Assembly (NCBI GenBank): GCA_951406725.2
Contig: OX597834.1
Span: 27,714,001 to 27,778,000 of the forward strand
DNA length: 64,000 nt
Origin: Octopus vulgaris
Taxonomy: Eukaryota
Direction of reading: 5' to 3'
Part shown: piece by piece, positions 13,891 through 28,383 of the stretch
Position numbering within the stretch: position 1 is the first letter of the stretch
Layout: each line of letters starts with the position of its first letter
Program-made: the position numbers and the translations under genes
Notes under the pieces: generated by a model
Seen by the model: the letters and a program-made list of their open reading frames with translations, nothing else
Databases searched by the model: none
Told to the model about the DNA's origin: nothing

Positions 13891-14260
13891 GTGGAAGCAC
13901 TCCGTCGGTTACGACGACGAGGGTTCTGGTTGATCCAAATCAACGGAACAGGCTGCTCGTGAAATTAACGTGTAAGTGGCTGAGCACTCCACAGACACGT
14001 GTACCCTTAACGTAGTTCTCGGGGATATTCAGCGTGACACAGAGAGTGACAAGGCCGGCCCTTTGAAATACAGGTACAACAGAAACAGGAAGTAAGAGTG
14101 GTGAAAGAGTACAGCAGGGATCACCATCCCCTGCCGGAGCGTCGTGGAGCTTTTAGGTGTTTTCGCTCAATAAACACTCACAACGCCCGGTCTGGGAATC
14201 GAAACCACGATCCTATGACCACGAGTCCGCTGCCCTAACTACTGGGCCATTGCGCCTCCA
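13891..14260 (-). mobile_element. SINE family A, full length
   Basis: tRNA-like head with A/B-box-like TGGCCCAGTAG...GGTTTCGATTCCC; 14-bp TSD CTTCTTTCTATAGT at 13877-13890 and 14261-14274. Confidence 0.92.
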
Positions 14261-14645
14261 CTTCTTTCTATAGTAGGAAATGAATAGACAAAACTTTTAG
14301 ATCTATTATAGTGAGAAGAAAAATATAGAGATGAGAAAGTCTGTAAGACCCACCCGTCTTTGTTTGTCATAGAAGTTAATCGAGGACTCAGAAAGATATA
14401 TATATCCCCATATCTCCACACCCACACTTACATACATACACACGTCCAGACCACCAGCCCTCTTTCACACGCACATACATACTCTCTTATACACATACGC
14501 ACCTTCGTGTTGGGGCGAAGTCACTTGACCCTGTTATCTCCCCTACTATCCCTCTAGCGTCTAACGTCTGACCTCTGACGTCTGACCTCTGATGTCTGAC
14601 CTCTGACCTCTGACTTCTGCCTGAAATCAGAACGCCATGATGGAC

Positions 14646-14828
14646 CGTTAGCTCCTACACGCATTTTTTTCTCTCCTTGTTTCTTTTCTGTGTATCTTTC
14701 TGTCGAAGAGCGTAGGCTCGAAACGTAAAAGACTTGTTCTATTTATATTCCTGAGCGCCATACTAATACAATTGTTTGTTTGTATTCCACCTGCCTTCGT
14801 CTTTTGTTTATTTTCATAAAGCTTCCCG

Positions 14829-14831
<3 letters not shown>
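14646..14831 (+). mobile_element. short HHR-bearing element, family H1 (HHR 14695-14732, core CTGTCGA)
   Basis: TCTTT-CTGTCGA-A-GAGC(GTAG)GCTC-GAAA-CGT-A-AAAGA; ends in (TA)n. Confidence 0.75.
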
Positions 14832-14879
<48 letters not shown>

Positions 14880-14904
14880 GTAGTAAATTTCCTTCCCACG
14901 TCAT

Positions 14905-15106
14905 AGTCTCATGGTGCCGGTTTCCCGGTTTCCGTGGCGTATATATTCTCCACCTGGACGGGACGCCGGTCCGTCGTAGGATTACTCATTTTTGCCGACT
15001 GAGTGGAATGAAGCAAAGTAAAATGAAGTGTTTTGCTCAAAAATACAACGCGTCACCCACTCCAGAAATCGAAACCATAATCTTACGATTATGTATCCAA
15101 CGCCCT
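14905..15106 (-). mobile_element. SINE family D fragment
   Basis: Homologous to 52742-52990 (ctggacgggacgccggtccgtcg...aagtgttttgctcaa...aatcgaaacc). Confidence 0.7.
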
Positions 15107-15400
15107 AATTTGGGGATTAGGCTAGTTTTCTCTTCCGTGAGCCATTCAGGCATTGTCTCTGGCTCTTCTAGTATTTCATTAAATTTCTCAGCCAGCGTTT
15201 TATGTATTTCTGTTAGTTATTTTAACCAGAAGCTGGGGATCTTGTGTCGTGACCGGGTGCTTAACTTTTTGCAGTACTTTGGTGAATTCTTCAGTTGTTA
15301 TAGGAGTCCAGAGTTGTTCATGTGCTGTGTTCGTTATTGTGATAGATCTTTTCTGGGGTTTGTTTCTTCACCGACCATATGAGGAATAACGTCCGGCTTT
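15107..15400 (-). pseudogene. R4/Dong-like non-LTR RT fragment
   Basis: Minus strand reads TPITTEEFTKVLQK...IPSFWLK*LTEIHKTLAEKFNEILEEPETMPEWLTEEKTSLIPK, typical of the R4/Dong RT N-terminal region. Confidence 0.7.
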
Positions 15401-15410
15401 TTATTTAGAA

Positions 15411-15820
15411 AGGTGGTGAGCTGGCAGAAACGTTAGCACGCCGGGCGAAATGCGTAGCCGTATTTCGTCTGTCGTTACGTTCCGAGTTCAAATTCCGCCG
15501 AGGTCGACTTTGCCTTTCATCCTTTCGGGGTCGATAAATTAAGTACCAGTTATGCTCTGGGGGTCGATGTAATCGACATAATCCCTTTGTCCGTCCTTGT
15601 TTGTCCCCTCTGTGTTTAGCCCCTTGTGGGTAGTAAAGAAATATATTTTGAAGAGGAAGAGAACTCGCTACGTTCTGAGTTCAAATTCTGCCGAGGTCGA
15701 CTTTACCTTTCTTCCTTTCGGAGCCGATAAAATAAGTACCAGTTACGCACTGGGGTCGTTGTAATCGAATATACCCATCCCCATACATTCCCAGCCTTGT
15801 GCCTATAGTAGAAAGGATTA
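15411..15820 (+). mobile_element. SINE family C, full copy plus adjacent partial copy
   Basis: gagctggcagaaacgttagc...gagttcaaattcc...cctttcatcctttcggggtcgataaattaagtaccag. Degenerate copies also near 20774-20900, 50020-50200, 51000-51090, 52245-52560 and 60835-60940. Confidence 0.88.
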
Positions 15821-16077
15821 TTGTTATTACTATTGTTGTTGTTACTGCTCTAATTTTCTAATGATCAATGTTCTCATTGAACGACATAAGCTAATCAATT
15901 CTCCACGGGTGTGGCGAGAAAGATATTTCATCAATATGTTCGTGTACTCGTATGTGTGTGTGTGTGCTTGTGAGCGTGTTTGTGTATGTGCATAAGTGTA
16001 TAAGCTCATGTAAATGTGTGTATGCGTATCTATAAATTTATATATACACCACCACACATAACAACATGTACTCTTTA

Positions 16078-16143
<66 letters not shown>

Positions 16144-16182
16144 TTGAATGGATGGATATATATGTATGTATATGATAAATGA

Positions 16183-16233
<51 letters not shown>

Positions 16234-16375
16234 TTGTATATTTAAGTGTTCTGAAAAAATTGGGTTAATCGCTGTTTTATCATTGATATATTAACGTTCT
16301 GTGTACACACATATACACGCACATAAGCGAATACATATATGTATGTGTGTGTGTATTTATGTGGGAGCATGTGTA

Positions 16376-16452
<77 letters not shown>

Positions 16453-16645
16453 GCGTATGTGTGTGTTTGTGTATTGAAATTCATTCGTTGCATTCGATAT
16501 TTGACAGGATTCTCTGCAGCGACGAAATTGTCAAATATTTCTTATCAAGATAGGTTTATCTCAATCACCGGCCATCCTTGTAAAGCCACACACATATCGG
16601 TAGATAAGCGTAAGCATCATACATTGACACCAAAATGCATTAAGG

Positions 16646-16689
<44 letters not shown>

Positions 16690-18815
16690 TACACATATGC
16701 ACGTGCCCTATGCAAACATATGATAAAAATGCTCTTTCTCACTCTGTGTCACATCCATATGCAAATATACATATACGGTCGCATTGATATATTCATATGA
16801 ATATCACGTGCATTAGTGAAGAAAATATGGTATACGTGTGTGTGTTTGTATGCATACACACGCACACACATCTGTACCACATCTGACACGTGGTACAGAG
16901 TACACCTATTCAGACAACGTCGATTCGATGGAGAGAGTGAGTTAATGTGCTGCATGAACCTTTGTGCAAGTCTTTCGGTAAAAGCTTTGATGCTCATACC
17001 TCATCTTCGGCAGAAGAGTCCTGTGTGGGATCAATGCAGGATGTGTCGAAACGATCGTTGTGATCAATAAAGTTTCCTGTATATTCCATTTTCTCTCTCT
17101 ATCGTTTGTTTATTACTCACAAAGTACACCGAGGATTTCCTGAGGTAGATCTAAAGAAAATTGTGTAATTACTGTGGATGACACCAGGTGCACATAGGCA
17201 GTGAACGTGCTTTATCAGCGTACTACCAGCAACATACCCAATACTTCAATATTATATATACAAATATATATAACGTCTGCTGCATGATGGCAGAGGTTGG
17301 CTCCCCTGCTTGGAATATATACAGAATGCATGTTGCTCTTATAACCAGCGGGCAGAAGATCTGTTTGAGGTTAAAATGGTAGTAATATCTAAAGCCATAT
17401 TGATATGGTGATGCATGGCTGTGTGGTTAGAAGCTTGTTTACCAACCAAATGGTTCCGGGCTACTGTCTTCTACTATACCTACGGGCCAACCAAAGTCGT
17501 ATTAGTGAATTTAGTAGACAGAAACTGAAACTCATCGTATTTATGTATACTATACATAAATGGAAATTTCGGTCTGTCGATCTGTCTTTTACCATCTTAC
17601 TGCCTACTGCAGTTAACAAATATTGACGAAACTATGCATACATGTTAAACTAATATCCAGATGAATTATAGGCTTATTGGATTTCAATAAAAAAATATAT
17701 GACGGGCCCTTATTCGATAAAATGGGAAGGGTTCAAAGAGTACTAGTGTGAGGAAATGTGGTAGTATAGTGAGTATGACTGATATCAGGGAAAGGGAGAG
17801 CAGCGTTGCGTAAGCGACAAATAAGGAATGGCAGTAGGATGGTAACGTTAATATAGTTGCACGGATACTTTCGTAAATACATAGATACATGCATACACAC
17901 GCACGCACACATATACAGACATACACACTACACACACACACATACGCACATGCACATAGACATAACTAACTTTTAAAACGCCAAGGAAGAGAAAGAAAGG
18001 TGGGTGTGAGGAATACGTAGCTTTAAGGAGAGAGGGGTCCATCGAAAAGAAACACGCACACACAGACACACACGCACAAATATATATATATATACATACA
18101 TACATAATTCATACATACATAATACATACATACATACATACATACATACATACATACATACATACATACATACATACATACATACATACGTCTAGTACAC
18201 AACATTTTAAACTCGTGATTATCTGTGTGTACGTTTGTAAATCTGTGTGTGTTTCAGTGTGTGTGTGCGTGTTTGTGTTTTGAGCGTGTGTGTATATATG
18301 TGTTTAAACCCATACATATAGATATGTATGAATGTTTATAGGTATGAATTTATATATACAAAGAGAAAGAGCTGCATAAGTAGGAAGGCAGATTGATATA
18401 TACATATATATGTGTATATATGTATATGTATGTATACATAAATGCATATATATATGTATATGTGTATACATAGGCACACACACACACACACACATTCACA
18501 TATACGTCCATACATGCACACACACACACATTTTATTTGTATATTGTAATTAATCTGAAGAGAAGATACGTAAGATAATTTAGTAAGTTAATAAATGGGT
18601 TTCCACCCAAGAATTTTTAATTAATTAACGCAGCAAATGTAACAATATTTAGAACATCAGCAAAAATATGTCTTGTCTTTATTTTTTCCAGCACTTCATA
18701 TTTTTTTGTTTATTTTAAGTCGATAAAATGCTGCCCCAATCAAACGCGTGGTGAATCGTAACGTTTTTAACTCTATTTCCTCATTATTACTAGCCTCGTG
18801 TCATAATCTGAAATA

Positions 18816-19237
18816 GGCGCAGGAGTGGCTGTGTGATAAGTAGCTTGCTTACTAACCACATGGTTCCGGGTTCAGTCCCACTGCGTGGTACCTTGGGCAA
18901 GTGTCTTCTACTATAGCCTCGGGCCGACCAAAGCCTTGTGAGTGGATTTGGTAGACGGAAACTGAAAGAAGCCTGTCGTATATATGTATATATATATATA
19001 TGTGTGTGTGTGTATTTGTGTGTCTGTGTTTGTCCCCCTAGCATTGCTTGACAACCGATGCTGGTGTGTTTATGTCCCCGTCACTTAGCGGTTCGGCAAA
19101 AAGAGACCGATAGAATAAGTACTGGGCTTACAAAGAATAAGTCCTGGGGTCGATTTGCTCGATTAAAGGCGGTGCTCCAGCATGGCCGCAGTCAAATGAC
19201 TGAAACAAGTAAAAGGTAAAAGGTAAGGTAAAGGTAA
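18816..19237 (+). mobile_element. SINE family B, full length
   Basis: Head ggcgcaggagtggctgtgtg...gggttcagtccc, internal (TA)n(TG)n, (gtaaaag)n tail. Degenerate copies at about 17411-17545 and 22316-22578. Confidence 0.92.
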
Positions 19238-19901
19238 TAAAATATATTTATTGGCCTGGTTAAGATAGATGCACCAGACTTCTAAACATTAATACTGATT
19301 AATTCAAGTACATATAGTTATATATATTTAAAATTTTAAATTGCACGACATGTACACACATATGTATACAAACGCACACAAAATACACACGCACACACAT
19401 ATGTATATATATATATTACACACACACGCACACGCCCGCACACACACAAACATAGACAAGCACGCACACTCATACACAAGCATAAAATACGAGTAGAACA
19501 TGCGAATTCAGAGGATTGAGCGCCTATCACAGGAAGCTCCTCTTATGGACTCGGTTATCAGTCCACAGAGCAATCAATTCGGCGAGCTGACGACTCTGTC
19601 TGCACGTCGTGCGTAAATATTAATGCATAAATACATTCACTCTCGCACACGCAGATGCATTGACTCAGGCAGACAACATAGTCACACACTCACACACACA
19701 CACATACACACATATGTATACTACATATATGTAAATTTTGCTGAATCAAATTTGATTATGCGTGCATAAATATAAGAACATAGGGGTATGCATGAAAGTA
19801 TATATATATATATATATTTGTGTGTGTGTGCGTACATACATATACGTATATATATGCATAGATAATACATATATTTATATGTACGTACATACATACATGA
19901 A

Positions 19902-19938
<37 letters not shown>

Positions 19939-20903
19939 ACATATATATAAACACATATATAATATATATATAATATATATAATACATATATATAATATAT
20001 ATAATACATATATATATATATAATATATATAATACATATATATATATAATATATATCTGTATATATATATATATATATGTATATATACGCACACAGGTAT
20101 TTATGTGTACATCCGTGTGTATCTGTCAATATACATGTGTATAGTCATGTGTATAGCCAATATGCATGTGTATACTCACATATTTTGTCTGTGTGTTTGT
20201 GTGTGCGTATGTGCCTGTGTAGCTACACGTATACTCACATTCACACATACATATGCACGCACACAGACTCACACACGCACGCGTGCTTAGGCACACACAC
20301 ACACACACATGCCCACATACTTTCACACATGTATATATATATATATATATATAGGTGCTAATGATTATCAGTGATTAGAATGGCTTAAATAACATGGCTT
20401 CGTAATGCAACTTTATCTAATCACCCTCGTTTCTTATCGCCTTAGGAACGTTTCAGCTTTTGACTCTTTCTTTGCAAGTACAAACAAATGCACACACACA
20501 CACATACACATACACACATACACACACACACACACAGACACACATGCACGCACGCACGCGCACACACACACACAAGCACTCACATAAAGCCGGAGAGAAA
20601 GAGAGAGAGGAGGAGGAGAGAATGCGAACTATATTTCGAAATGCGAGTGAAAATAGAGAGATAAAGAGAGAAATAAATGAAGAAAGAAAAAGGAGTTCTC
20701 TGTGTTGCCGATATACTTTTCCCCTGCAGCAATTGTATTGCAATTGGCAGGGGTTTATTATTGTTATTATTTACATTCTGAGTTCAACTACCGCCGGGGT
20801 CGACTTTTATTCTTTCGGGGTTGAAAACATAAATACCAGTGATCCATGTATTCGACTAGACCCCCACCCAAAAACTGCTAGCCTTGTGCCAAAATTTGCT
20901 GAA

Positions 20904-20935
<32 letters not shown>

Positions 20936-21040
20936 GTGTGTGTGTTTTTATTTACACTATTGTATGACTGAGCGCCATCGCGTCGATTCGATTCGATTCG
21001 TTTCGTTTCGTTTCGTTTCTCCTTCTTTTCTAAGCCAGTT

Positions 21041-21145
<105 letters not shown>

Positions 21146-21147
21146 TA

Positions 21148-21385
21148 GAGGCGCAATGGCCCAGTGGTTAGGGCAGCGGACTCGCGGTCGTAGGATCGCG
21201 GTTTCGATTCCCAGACCGGGACCTTATCAGTGTTTATTGAGCGAAAACACCTAAAGCTCCGGCAGGTGGTGGTGGCGATCCCTGCTGTACACTTTCACCA
21301 CAACTTTCTCTCGCGCTTTCTTCCGTTGACCTGCTCGCTTAGCCAGTGGGGTGGCGTCATTTGAAGGTTAAAATAATGCGAGGCG
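21148..21385 (+). mobile_element. SINE family A-related copy (shared head, divergent 3' body)
   Basis: gaggcgcaatggcccagtggttagggcagcggactcgcggtcgtaggatcgcggtttcgattcccag head. Confidence 0.8.
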
Positions 21386-21561
21386 CATTTCTCTGAGCAT
21401 GAAATCGATGGTAACCTTAATTCACAAATATTGAAATTTTATCTACCAATGTGGTGTCGAGCAGTTATTTTCATTGTTCAATATTTACGTATACATATGT
21501 TAGTTTGTGTGCGGAAGCGGGGGGGTGTGCATGTATGGATATATGTATCTATGTATATATT

Positions 21562-21602
<41 letters not shown>

Positions 21603-21627
21603 ATGTATGTATTATATATACATATAC

Positions 21628-21672
<45 letters not shown>

Positions 21673-22001
21673 GGCCAGAAGATTCTTTCAGAATAGATTA
21701 ATAATTAAATTGAGGATAATCTATACCAACAAACAAGAAGTTCTAAATTCCATCAACACGAACGTCTAAAGTCATTTTGGTCTGACACCACATACATGTT
21801 CTGCGCCTGCGTAAACAGTGTGACGTGTTGTTGACATATATAAGTTTTTTGTTATTTCGTTATATTTGTTTGTTTTCTAATTGAATATTATCACAATGGC
21901 ATGTAAACAATGTAACGTATCTTATCTCTTCTTATCTCTCCTTGTCTTTTCGTCTTGTTTAAAGTGAAAGACAGGAGAAAATGAAACTGGCCGAAATAAT
22001 G

Positions 22002-22073
<72 letters not shown>

Positions 22074-22116
22074 TATTATATATATATAATATATATATAT
22101 ATATATGTGTATATAT

Positions 22117-22269
22117 ATTTCTCTCCTCGTTTCTTTCTGTGTTCCTTTCTGTAGAAGAGCGTAGGCTCGAAACATAAAAGACTTTGTCTATTGCTGAGCG
22201 TTATACTAATACACTTGTTTGTTTTGTACACCACCTCTCTTCGTCTTTTGTTTTTCTTTCGTAAACTAT

Positions 22270-22273
<4 letters not shown>
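22117..22273 (+). mobile_element. short HHR-bearing element, family H1 (HHR 22145-22180, core CTGTAGA)
   Basis: CTTT-CTGTAGA-A-GAGC(GTAG)GCTC-GAAA-CAT-A-AAAG; (TA)n on both sides. Confidence 0.7.
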
Positions 22274-22316
<43 letters not shown>

Positions 22317-22466
22317 CGCATGTGTGTCTGAGTTGTAAGAAGCTGCGTTTCCAATGACATTATTCTGGGTTCAGTCCGGTGCCTTCTACTAAAACCTCGG
22401 GTCAGCCAAATCCTTGTGAGTGGATTTCGTAGACGGAAACCGAAAGAAGCCTGTTGCATATATAAA

Positions 22467-22497
<31 letters not shown>

Positions 22498-22594
22498 GTG
22501 TGTTTGTGTGCACGCGTGCGAATGTGTGTGTATATATGTGTGTATGTGTCTGTGTGTTTGTACGTCTTCCCCACCACTGAGCTATTACTCGCAT

Positions 22595-22668
<74 letters not shown>

Positions 22669-22705
22669 GAAAATATTACGTCTATCTATCTATCTATCTA
22701 GATAA

Positions 22706-22791
<86 letters not shown>

Positions 22792-22973
22792 GGATGTAAT
22801 AATTTAGTTACGTATTGATTATATGCATCCGTGTTCATGTGTGATTTTCTGTGTGAGTTTTTGAGTGCAGATTAACGTATAATATGGATTATTAACGTGA
22901 TTAGCATATTGATAGGCTCACAATGGCACGCAGAAAAGCGTACACACTCTCACACACTTCACGCTCTTTCTGT

Positions 22974-23010
<37 letters not shown>

Positions 23011-23085
23011 TATAATTACACAAATACATATACAGTAATAAATACGTACATATCCTTGTATACATTTACAGATATATATATATAT

Positions 23086-23196
<111 letters not shown>

Positions 23197-23710
23197 TAAA
23201 TTGAATAAATAGTCACACATGTTTCAATGCAATATATGTCCACATATACACATACGTTGTATCGAAACATATGTAGTATTTAGTAAATAGCTGTCTAAAT
23301 GTTCTCCTTTCTGTTGATTCTATTTATTCATTTTTTATTGTTCCCACACGACGAATGCCTAAGCTTAGACTTCGAATGCTACCTGCTATTTGTAATTCTA
23401 AGGGTGAATGATTTTTATTTTGTACTCTAGTACGTTCCAAATAGAGTACACTTTAAATTTATGTGTGTATGTGAGTGTATCAATTGTCTATGTCAAATTA
23501 TATTTTTTTAAATGAACATTAAACTAAAGAAGGACTCAGTACTCTTTTTAATAGAGTACATATTTTACTGTAATATGAGTTTGACAGTGACTTCGACATT
23601 TTGGGATTGCTCCCCTTCAGCGATTCAATGAAGACATGAAGGCCGGAGCCTCGAAATTGTTGTCTACATTTTCTTTGTCCATGTTCAGTCATATATATAT
23701 ATATATATAT

Positions 23711-23900
23711 AAAGGGAAAGTTTACGAAAATAAACAAAAGACGAAGGCAGGTGGTGTACAAACAAACAGATGTATTAGTATAGCGCTCAGGAATAGAAAA
23801 AGTATTTTACGTTTCGAGCCTACGCTCTTCTACAGAAAGATACACAGAATAAAACAAGGAGAGAAACAAGGAAAGAAAACAATGTGTGTAGTAACTAACG
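23711..23900 (-). mobile_element. short HHR-bearing element, family H1 (HHR 23803-23840, core CTGTAGA)
   Basis: Minus strand TCTTT-CTGTAGA-A-GAGC(GTAG)GCTC-GAAA-CGT-A-AAATA; (TA)n on both sides. Confidence 0.72.
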
Positions 23901-24297
23901 ATATATATATCTTGATAACTCAACGCCCTACCCACAGTTAAGTGGGAAAGAATAGATAGAAAAATATATCCAAAAGTTTTAAAAAATCATGGCCCTCCAT
24001 AAAAAACCTAGCATATATTCAACCCACATTACGCTAGCAAAAAGACAACACAGTCAATAAATATATGAAGGCATAGAAACATTACATGACACTTGAACAT
24101 AAGGTTGTCAGGTACCCAACTACTACAATACACAACCATGGCCTGCCAAAACTGCAACATCAACCATAATCTAGTTAGATCGAACACTGACTCCTGACAG
24201 CAATGGGTATGAAACAGAGATCAACTGCACAAGCTTACAAACAAATCAGATTTCAGTTTCAAAACAGCCTCCCTCTACCGCTCACTGAACCCTAACT

Positions 24298-24682
24298 GTG
24301 GAAGCACTCCGTAGGTTACGACGACGAGGGTTCCGGTTGATCCGATCAACGGAACAGCCTGCTCGTGAAATTAACGTGTAAGTGGCTGAGCACTCCACAG
24401 ACACGTGTACCCTTAACGTAGTTCTAGGGGATATTCAGCGTGACACAGAGAGTGACAAAGCCGGCCCTTTGAAATACAAGTACAACAGAAACAGGAAGTA
24501 AGAGAGAGAGAAAGTTGTGGTGAAAGAATACAGCAGGGATCACCACCATCCCTGCCGGAGCCTCGTGAAGCTTTTAGGTGTTTTCGCTCAATAAACACTC
24601 ACAACGCCCGGTCTGGGAATCGAAACTGCGATCCTACGACCGCGAGTCCGCTGCCCTAACCACTGGGCCATTGCACCTCCAC
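24298..24682 (-). mobile_element. SINE family A, full length
   Basis: Near-identical to 13891-14260; TSD AACCCTAACT on both flanks. Confidence 0.92.
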
Positions 24683-24909
24683 AAACCCTAACTAGCAAAC
24701 AACTAACTCTATTCAGTTCACTTCGAAAGTAAGCAAATGAACAGACTGAAGAAGCTGCACAGAAAATCGTGCCCAGTATGTACAACTACCTGTACTGTGA
24801 ACAATGTAGGTCGTAACACCTGTAAAAATATACTGTATGTAATTATAACATAAGAGGAAATAAATCGTGAGGAGGAGCAAGTCTCTATATTCTATATCGT
24901 TATAATTAT

Positions 24910-24959
<50 letters not shown>

Positions 24960-24993
24960 TACCTCCACCCATGTAAATACATATATATATATA

Positions 24994-25403
24994 GGCGCAG
25001 GAGTGGCTGTGTGGTAAGTACCTTGCTAACCAGCCACATGGTTCCGGGTTCAGTCCCACTGCGTGGCAACTTGGGCAAGTGTCTTCTGCTATAGCCTCGG
25101 GCCGACCAATGCCTTGTGAGTGGATTTGGTAGACGGAAACTGAAAGAAGCCTGTCGTATATATATGTATATATATAGGTGTGTGTGTATATGTTTGTGTG
25201 TCTGTGTTTGTCCCCCTAGCATTGCTTAACAACCGATGCTGGTGTGTTTACGTCCCCGTCATTTAGCGGTTCGGCAAAAAGAGACCGATAGAATAAGTAC
25301 TGGGCTTACAAAGAATAAGTCCCGGGGTTGATTTTCTCGACTAAAGGCGGTGCTCCAGCATGGCCGCAGTCAAATGACTGAAACAAGTAAAAGAGTAAAA
25401 GAG
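24994..25403 (+). mobile_element. SINE family B, full length
   Basis: Near-identical to 18816-19237. Confidence 0.92.
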
Positions 25404-25409
25404 TATATA

Positions 25410-25797
25410 CTAGCAGTATCGCCCGGCGTTGCTTGTGTTTGTAAGGGAAATAAGTATATAAGCATTTTTAGAGATGTAAAGTATAATAGCCATCTCAATA
25501 TGGCTAACCACAAAGGGGGGGTTACTGTAGCTTTTTACGTTCTGAGATTTAATAATAAATTTTTAGAGAGTTACTTCCCTTATATATGCCAAAAATGCAT
25601 AAAAAATGGGAAAAATTGATGGTAAATTCTTTTTAAAATCGTAGATTCATCGTAGACGCGCGCTAATACCCAGAAGGGCTCGATATGCATCATGACTATA
25701 AGATACCCGGTTTTGGTTAAACTGCACCGCAAAATGTGGGAGTAGGAATCTAAATCGTAGGAGACAGACAGCACACAACCCCTCTTTTATATATAAA
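25410..25797 (-). mobile_element. non-autonomous Helitron
   Basis: Same CTAG/hairpin end and much of the body of 10959-11356. Confidence 0.8.
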
Positions 25798-25806
25798 CCT
25801 CTCTTT

Positions 25807-25846
<40 letters not shown>

Positions 25847-26179
25847 TATAGTGGGCTTCATTAAACAACCCACAAGCCTGGTCCCATTTTAGCATCACCA
25901 AATGAAACCTAAATCCATCTAACGGAATCAATTCGGTTGCAACCATAAGAGTATGCCATCCAGGCCAGTGATTGGAAGCTACCTTCGTTTCTTTCCTTCT
26001 CCCTTCTCCCGCCAACCAGTTTCGATAGCCCCGCTAAAGAGGTCATATGCATTGTCCTTCCCGCCTGATTAATAAAATCTATACACATTCATATACATTT
26101 ACACAAACATCAAAACGTATATATACACTTACATATATATATTCATACGTAGATATGTATATATGTATAGGAATACACA

Positions 26180-26209
<30 letters not shown>

Positions 26210-26214
<5 letters not shown>

Positions 26215-26400
26215 GAAATTTATACAAAAAAAAAGTCGAAGACAGGTGTATGAAGAGCAAACAAGTGTATTAGTTTGACGCTCGGGAAAAATGAAAAGTC
26301 TTTTACATTTTGAGCCTAAGCTCTTTGACAGAAAGGAATAAAAGAGAAGTAATTGAGAGAATGAAAAAGTCCTGTAGAATACAGCAGTCCAACATGGCGA
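26210..26400 (-). mobile_element. family H1 element with CpG-decayed HHR (about 26299-26336)
   Basis: Minus strand CCTTT-CTGTCAA-A-GAGC(TTAG)GCTC-AAAA-TGT-A-AAAGA. Confidence 0.62.
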
Positions 26401-26415
26401 ATATAATATATATAT

Positions 26416-26496
<81 letters not shown>

Positions 26497-26687
26497 GTAA
26501 AAATTATATGGTTAATGGACAATATGTCCAATTTTTCGGCATATTTGGCATTAGAAATTTTTTCCTTTGCTCTCATTTATGAATTGTTTATAAATTTAAC
26601 CGTTAAAGGCATTTTTTAAATGCTGGGCATGGATAAAATTTTTTTCGAGAAAATTTTTTTTTTCTAAAAGAATTTTATCCTCACATT

Positions 26688-26735
<48 letters not shown>

Positions 26736-26750
26736 TCATACAAACACATG

Positions 26751-26789
<39 letters not shown>

Positions 26790-26845
26790 GTATGCATGTA
26801 TGAATATGCATACATATTTACATGTTCATGAAGTAAGCATCTTCA

Positions 26846-26921
<76 letters not shown>

Positions 26922-27785
26922 TACTGTTAATTTGTGTACGAGTGTGAGTCGGAGTGTGTGTATGTGTGTATTTGTTTGTTTGTGTAAATACGTGCATGGG
27001 CGTGTATATGCTCTATACAAGCTTAATGTGTATATATGTGTGAGTATACTTAAAGATAATATATATATTTATATACGCATACGTATATGAACCATATTCG
27101 CCCAGAAACATAAACGTTTAAATACCCTACAAATACGCCATATATACCTACCCCTACCACAACCACCACCACCACCTACATAACCCCGACACCCCCCCCC
27201 CACCGTACATACAAACAAACAAACACTTGGTCACATATCAACAGACACGTCTGAACTGGTCTAGACGTCAGCAGCCTAGAAGACATTTACACGTCTTTAT
27301 TTTCTAAATGATAGCAAATACAGTTGAGTTCAATTGCTCTACGCTAACTACTTAAAGATTAATTTTCAGATAGTGTCACTATGGTGTTGTTCATAATGAC
27401 AATATAACGATTTGTCTATTGGCATTCATTAACATTTTACCTAAGTGAAGACCGCTGACGGTTCTTGCTTGATAATCTCCTGTTGTGTTCGTTTGATAAT
27501 TGTTAAATCATTTTCTAATCGCATACCAATATCTGCCAGCCAACGAGTTACCTTAACGTTAACAAATTTATCGTAGCTAGCATTAAAAAGATGCAATAAG
27601 AAAAAAATTATGTAGCGAGGAAAAGTCGATTGTCTTCGGAACAAATATTATTTCAATAATTTCGCTAAATACGGGAGACAACTCGGGATATTTGTTTGTT
27701 TTCATATGTCTTCTCAGCTGTACTTGCCGGAAGCACATGTAACATGCAAGAATGAACGAGAAAATTATTGAGTAAATTTGTATTA

Positions 27786-27926
27786 TAAGGTTGTCCCAAA
27801 AGTTCGTAGAAAGTCTTGGAAAATAATGGTCTTTATTTTGAGGAATGATTTTTGTTGTTTTTGTTAGTACTTGGCGAGTAAAAATTCAATTTTCGCAAGT
27901 GTTTACGAACTTTTGGGACAACCTAA
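27786..27926. mobile_element. Tc1/mariner-type MITE
   Basis: TIRs aggttgtcccaaaagttcgta / tacgaacttttgggacaacct, TA flanks. Confidence 0.85.
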
Positions 27927-27995
27927 TATTATAGAGGTCTAATGACGTCTAATGACGTGTATATCAAGTATATTTATATGTACTTTTAGTTAATA

Positions 27996-28383
27996 CTAGC
28001 AGTATCGCCCGGCATTGCTCGGGTTTGCTTCGAATTTTTGTTGGAATTTTTGAAAAGTAAAAAATTTGCATTATGTAGCTCGTTATTCTCTTGAAATGAA
28101 CATTTTTCTGGTTGAAATACACCGAAAAATTGGCGACACAGCAGTCAAAAAAAATGTAAAAAATAGGAATTTTCATAGAAAAAAAGCACCTTTTTGATGT
28201 TAATAATCTTTGGTCTTATCATGGTCCGATTTGAATTTTTTCTTCTACAGAAGGAAGAGCAAGCCTTTTATCATACTCTCAATTTTGGTCAAATTGCACC
28301 GCAGGGTCTCGGAGGAGATAGTGTTAGTTAAAGGCAACCAAACCTGCCATACACAGACAACTTCAGCTCTATGTATAGAGAGA
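27996..28383 (-). mobile_element. non-autonomous Helitron (different internal sequence)
   Basis: Same ctagcagtatcgcccggc.ttgctcggg end; opposite end gives 5'-TC with an A/T target. Confidence 0.78.

Noticed and set aside
21148-21220. tRNA gene (A/B-box-like sequence)
   Set aside because: It is the tRNA-derived head of a multi-copy SINE continuing into a SINE body; the same applies to the other SINE heads.
23632-23665. Hammerhead remnant AGAC-ATGA-A-GGC(CGGA)GCC-TC-GAAA-TTGTT-GTCT
   Set aside because: CTG of the core is missing and stem III is not palindromic; suggestive but not supportable without a family consensus.
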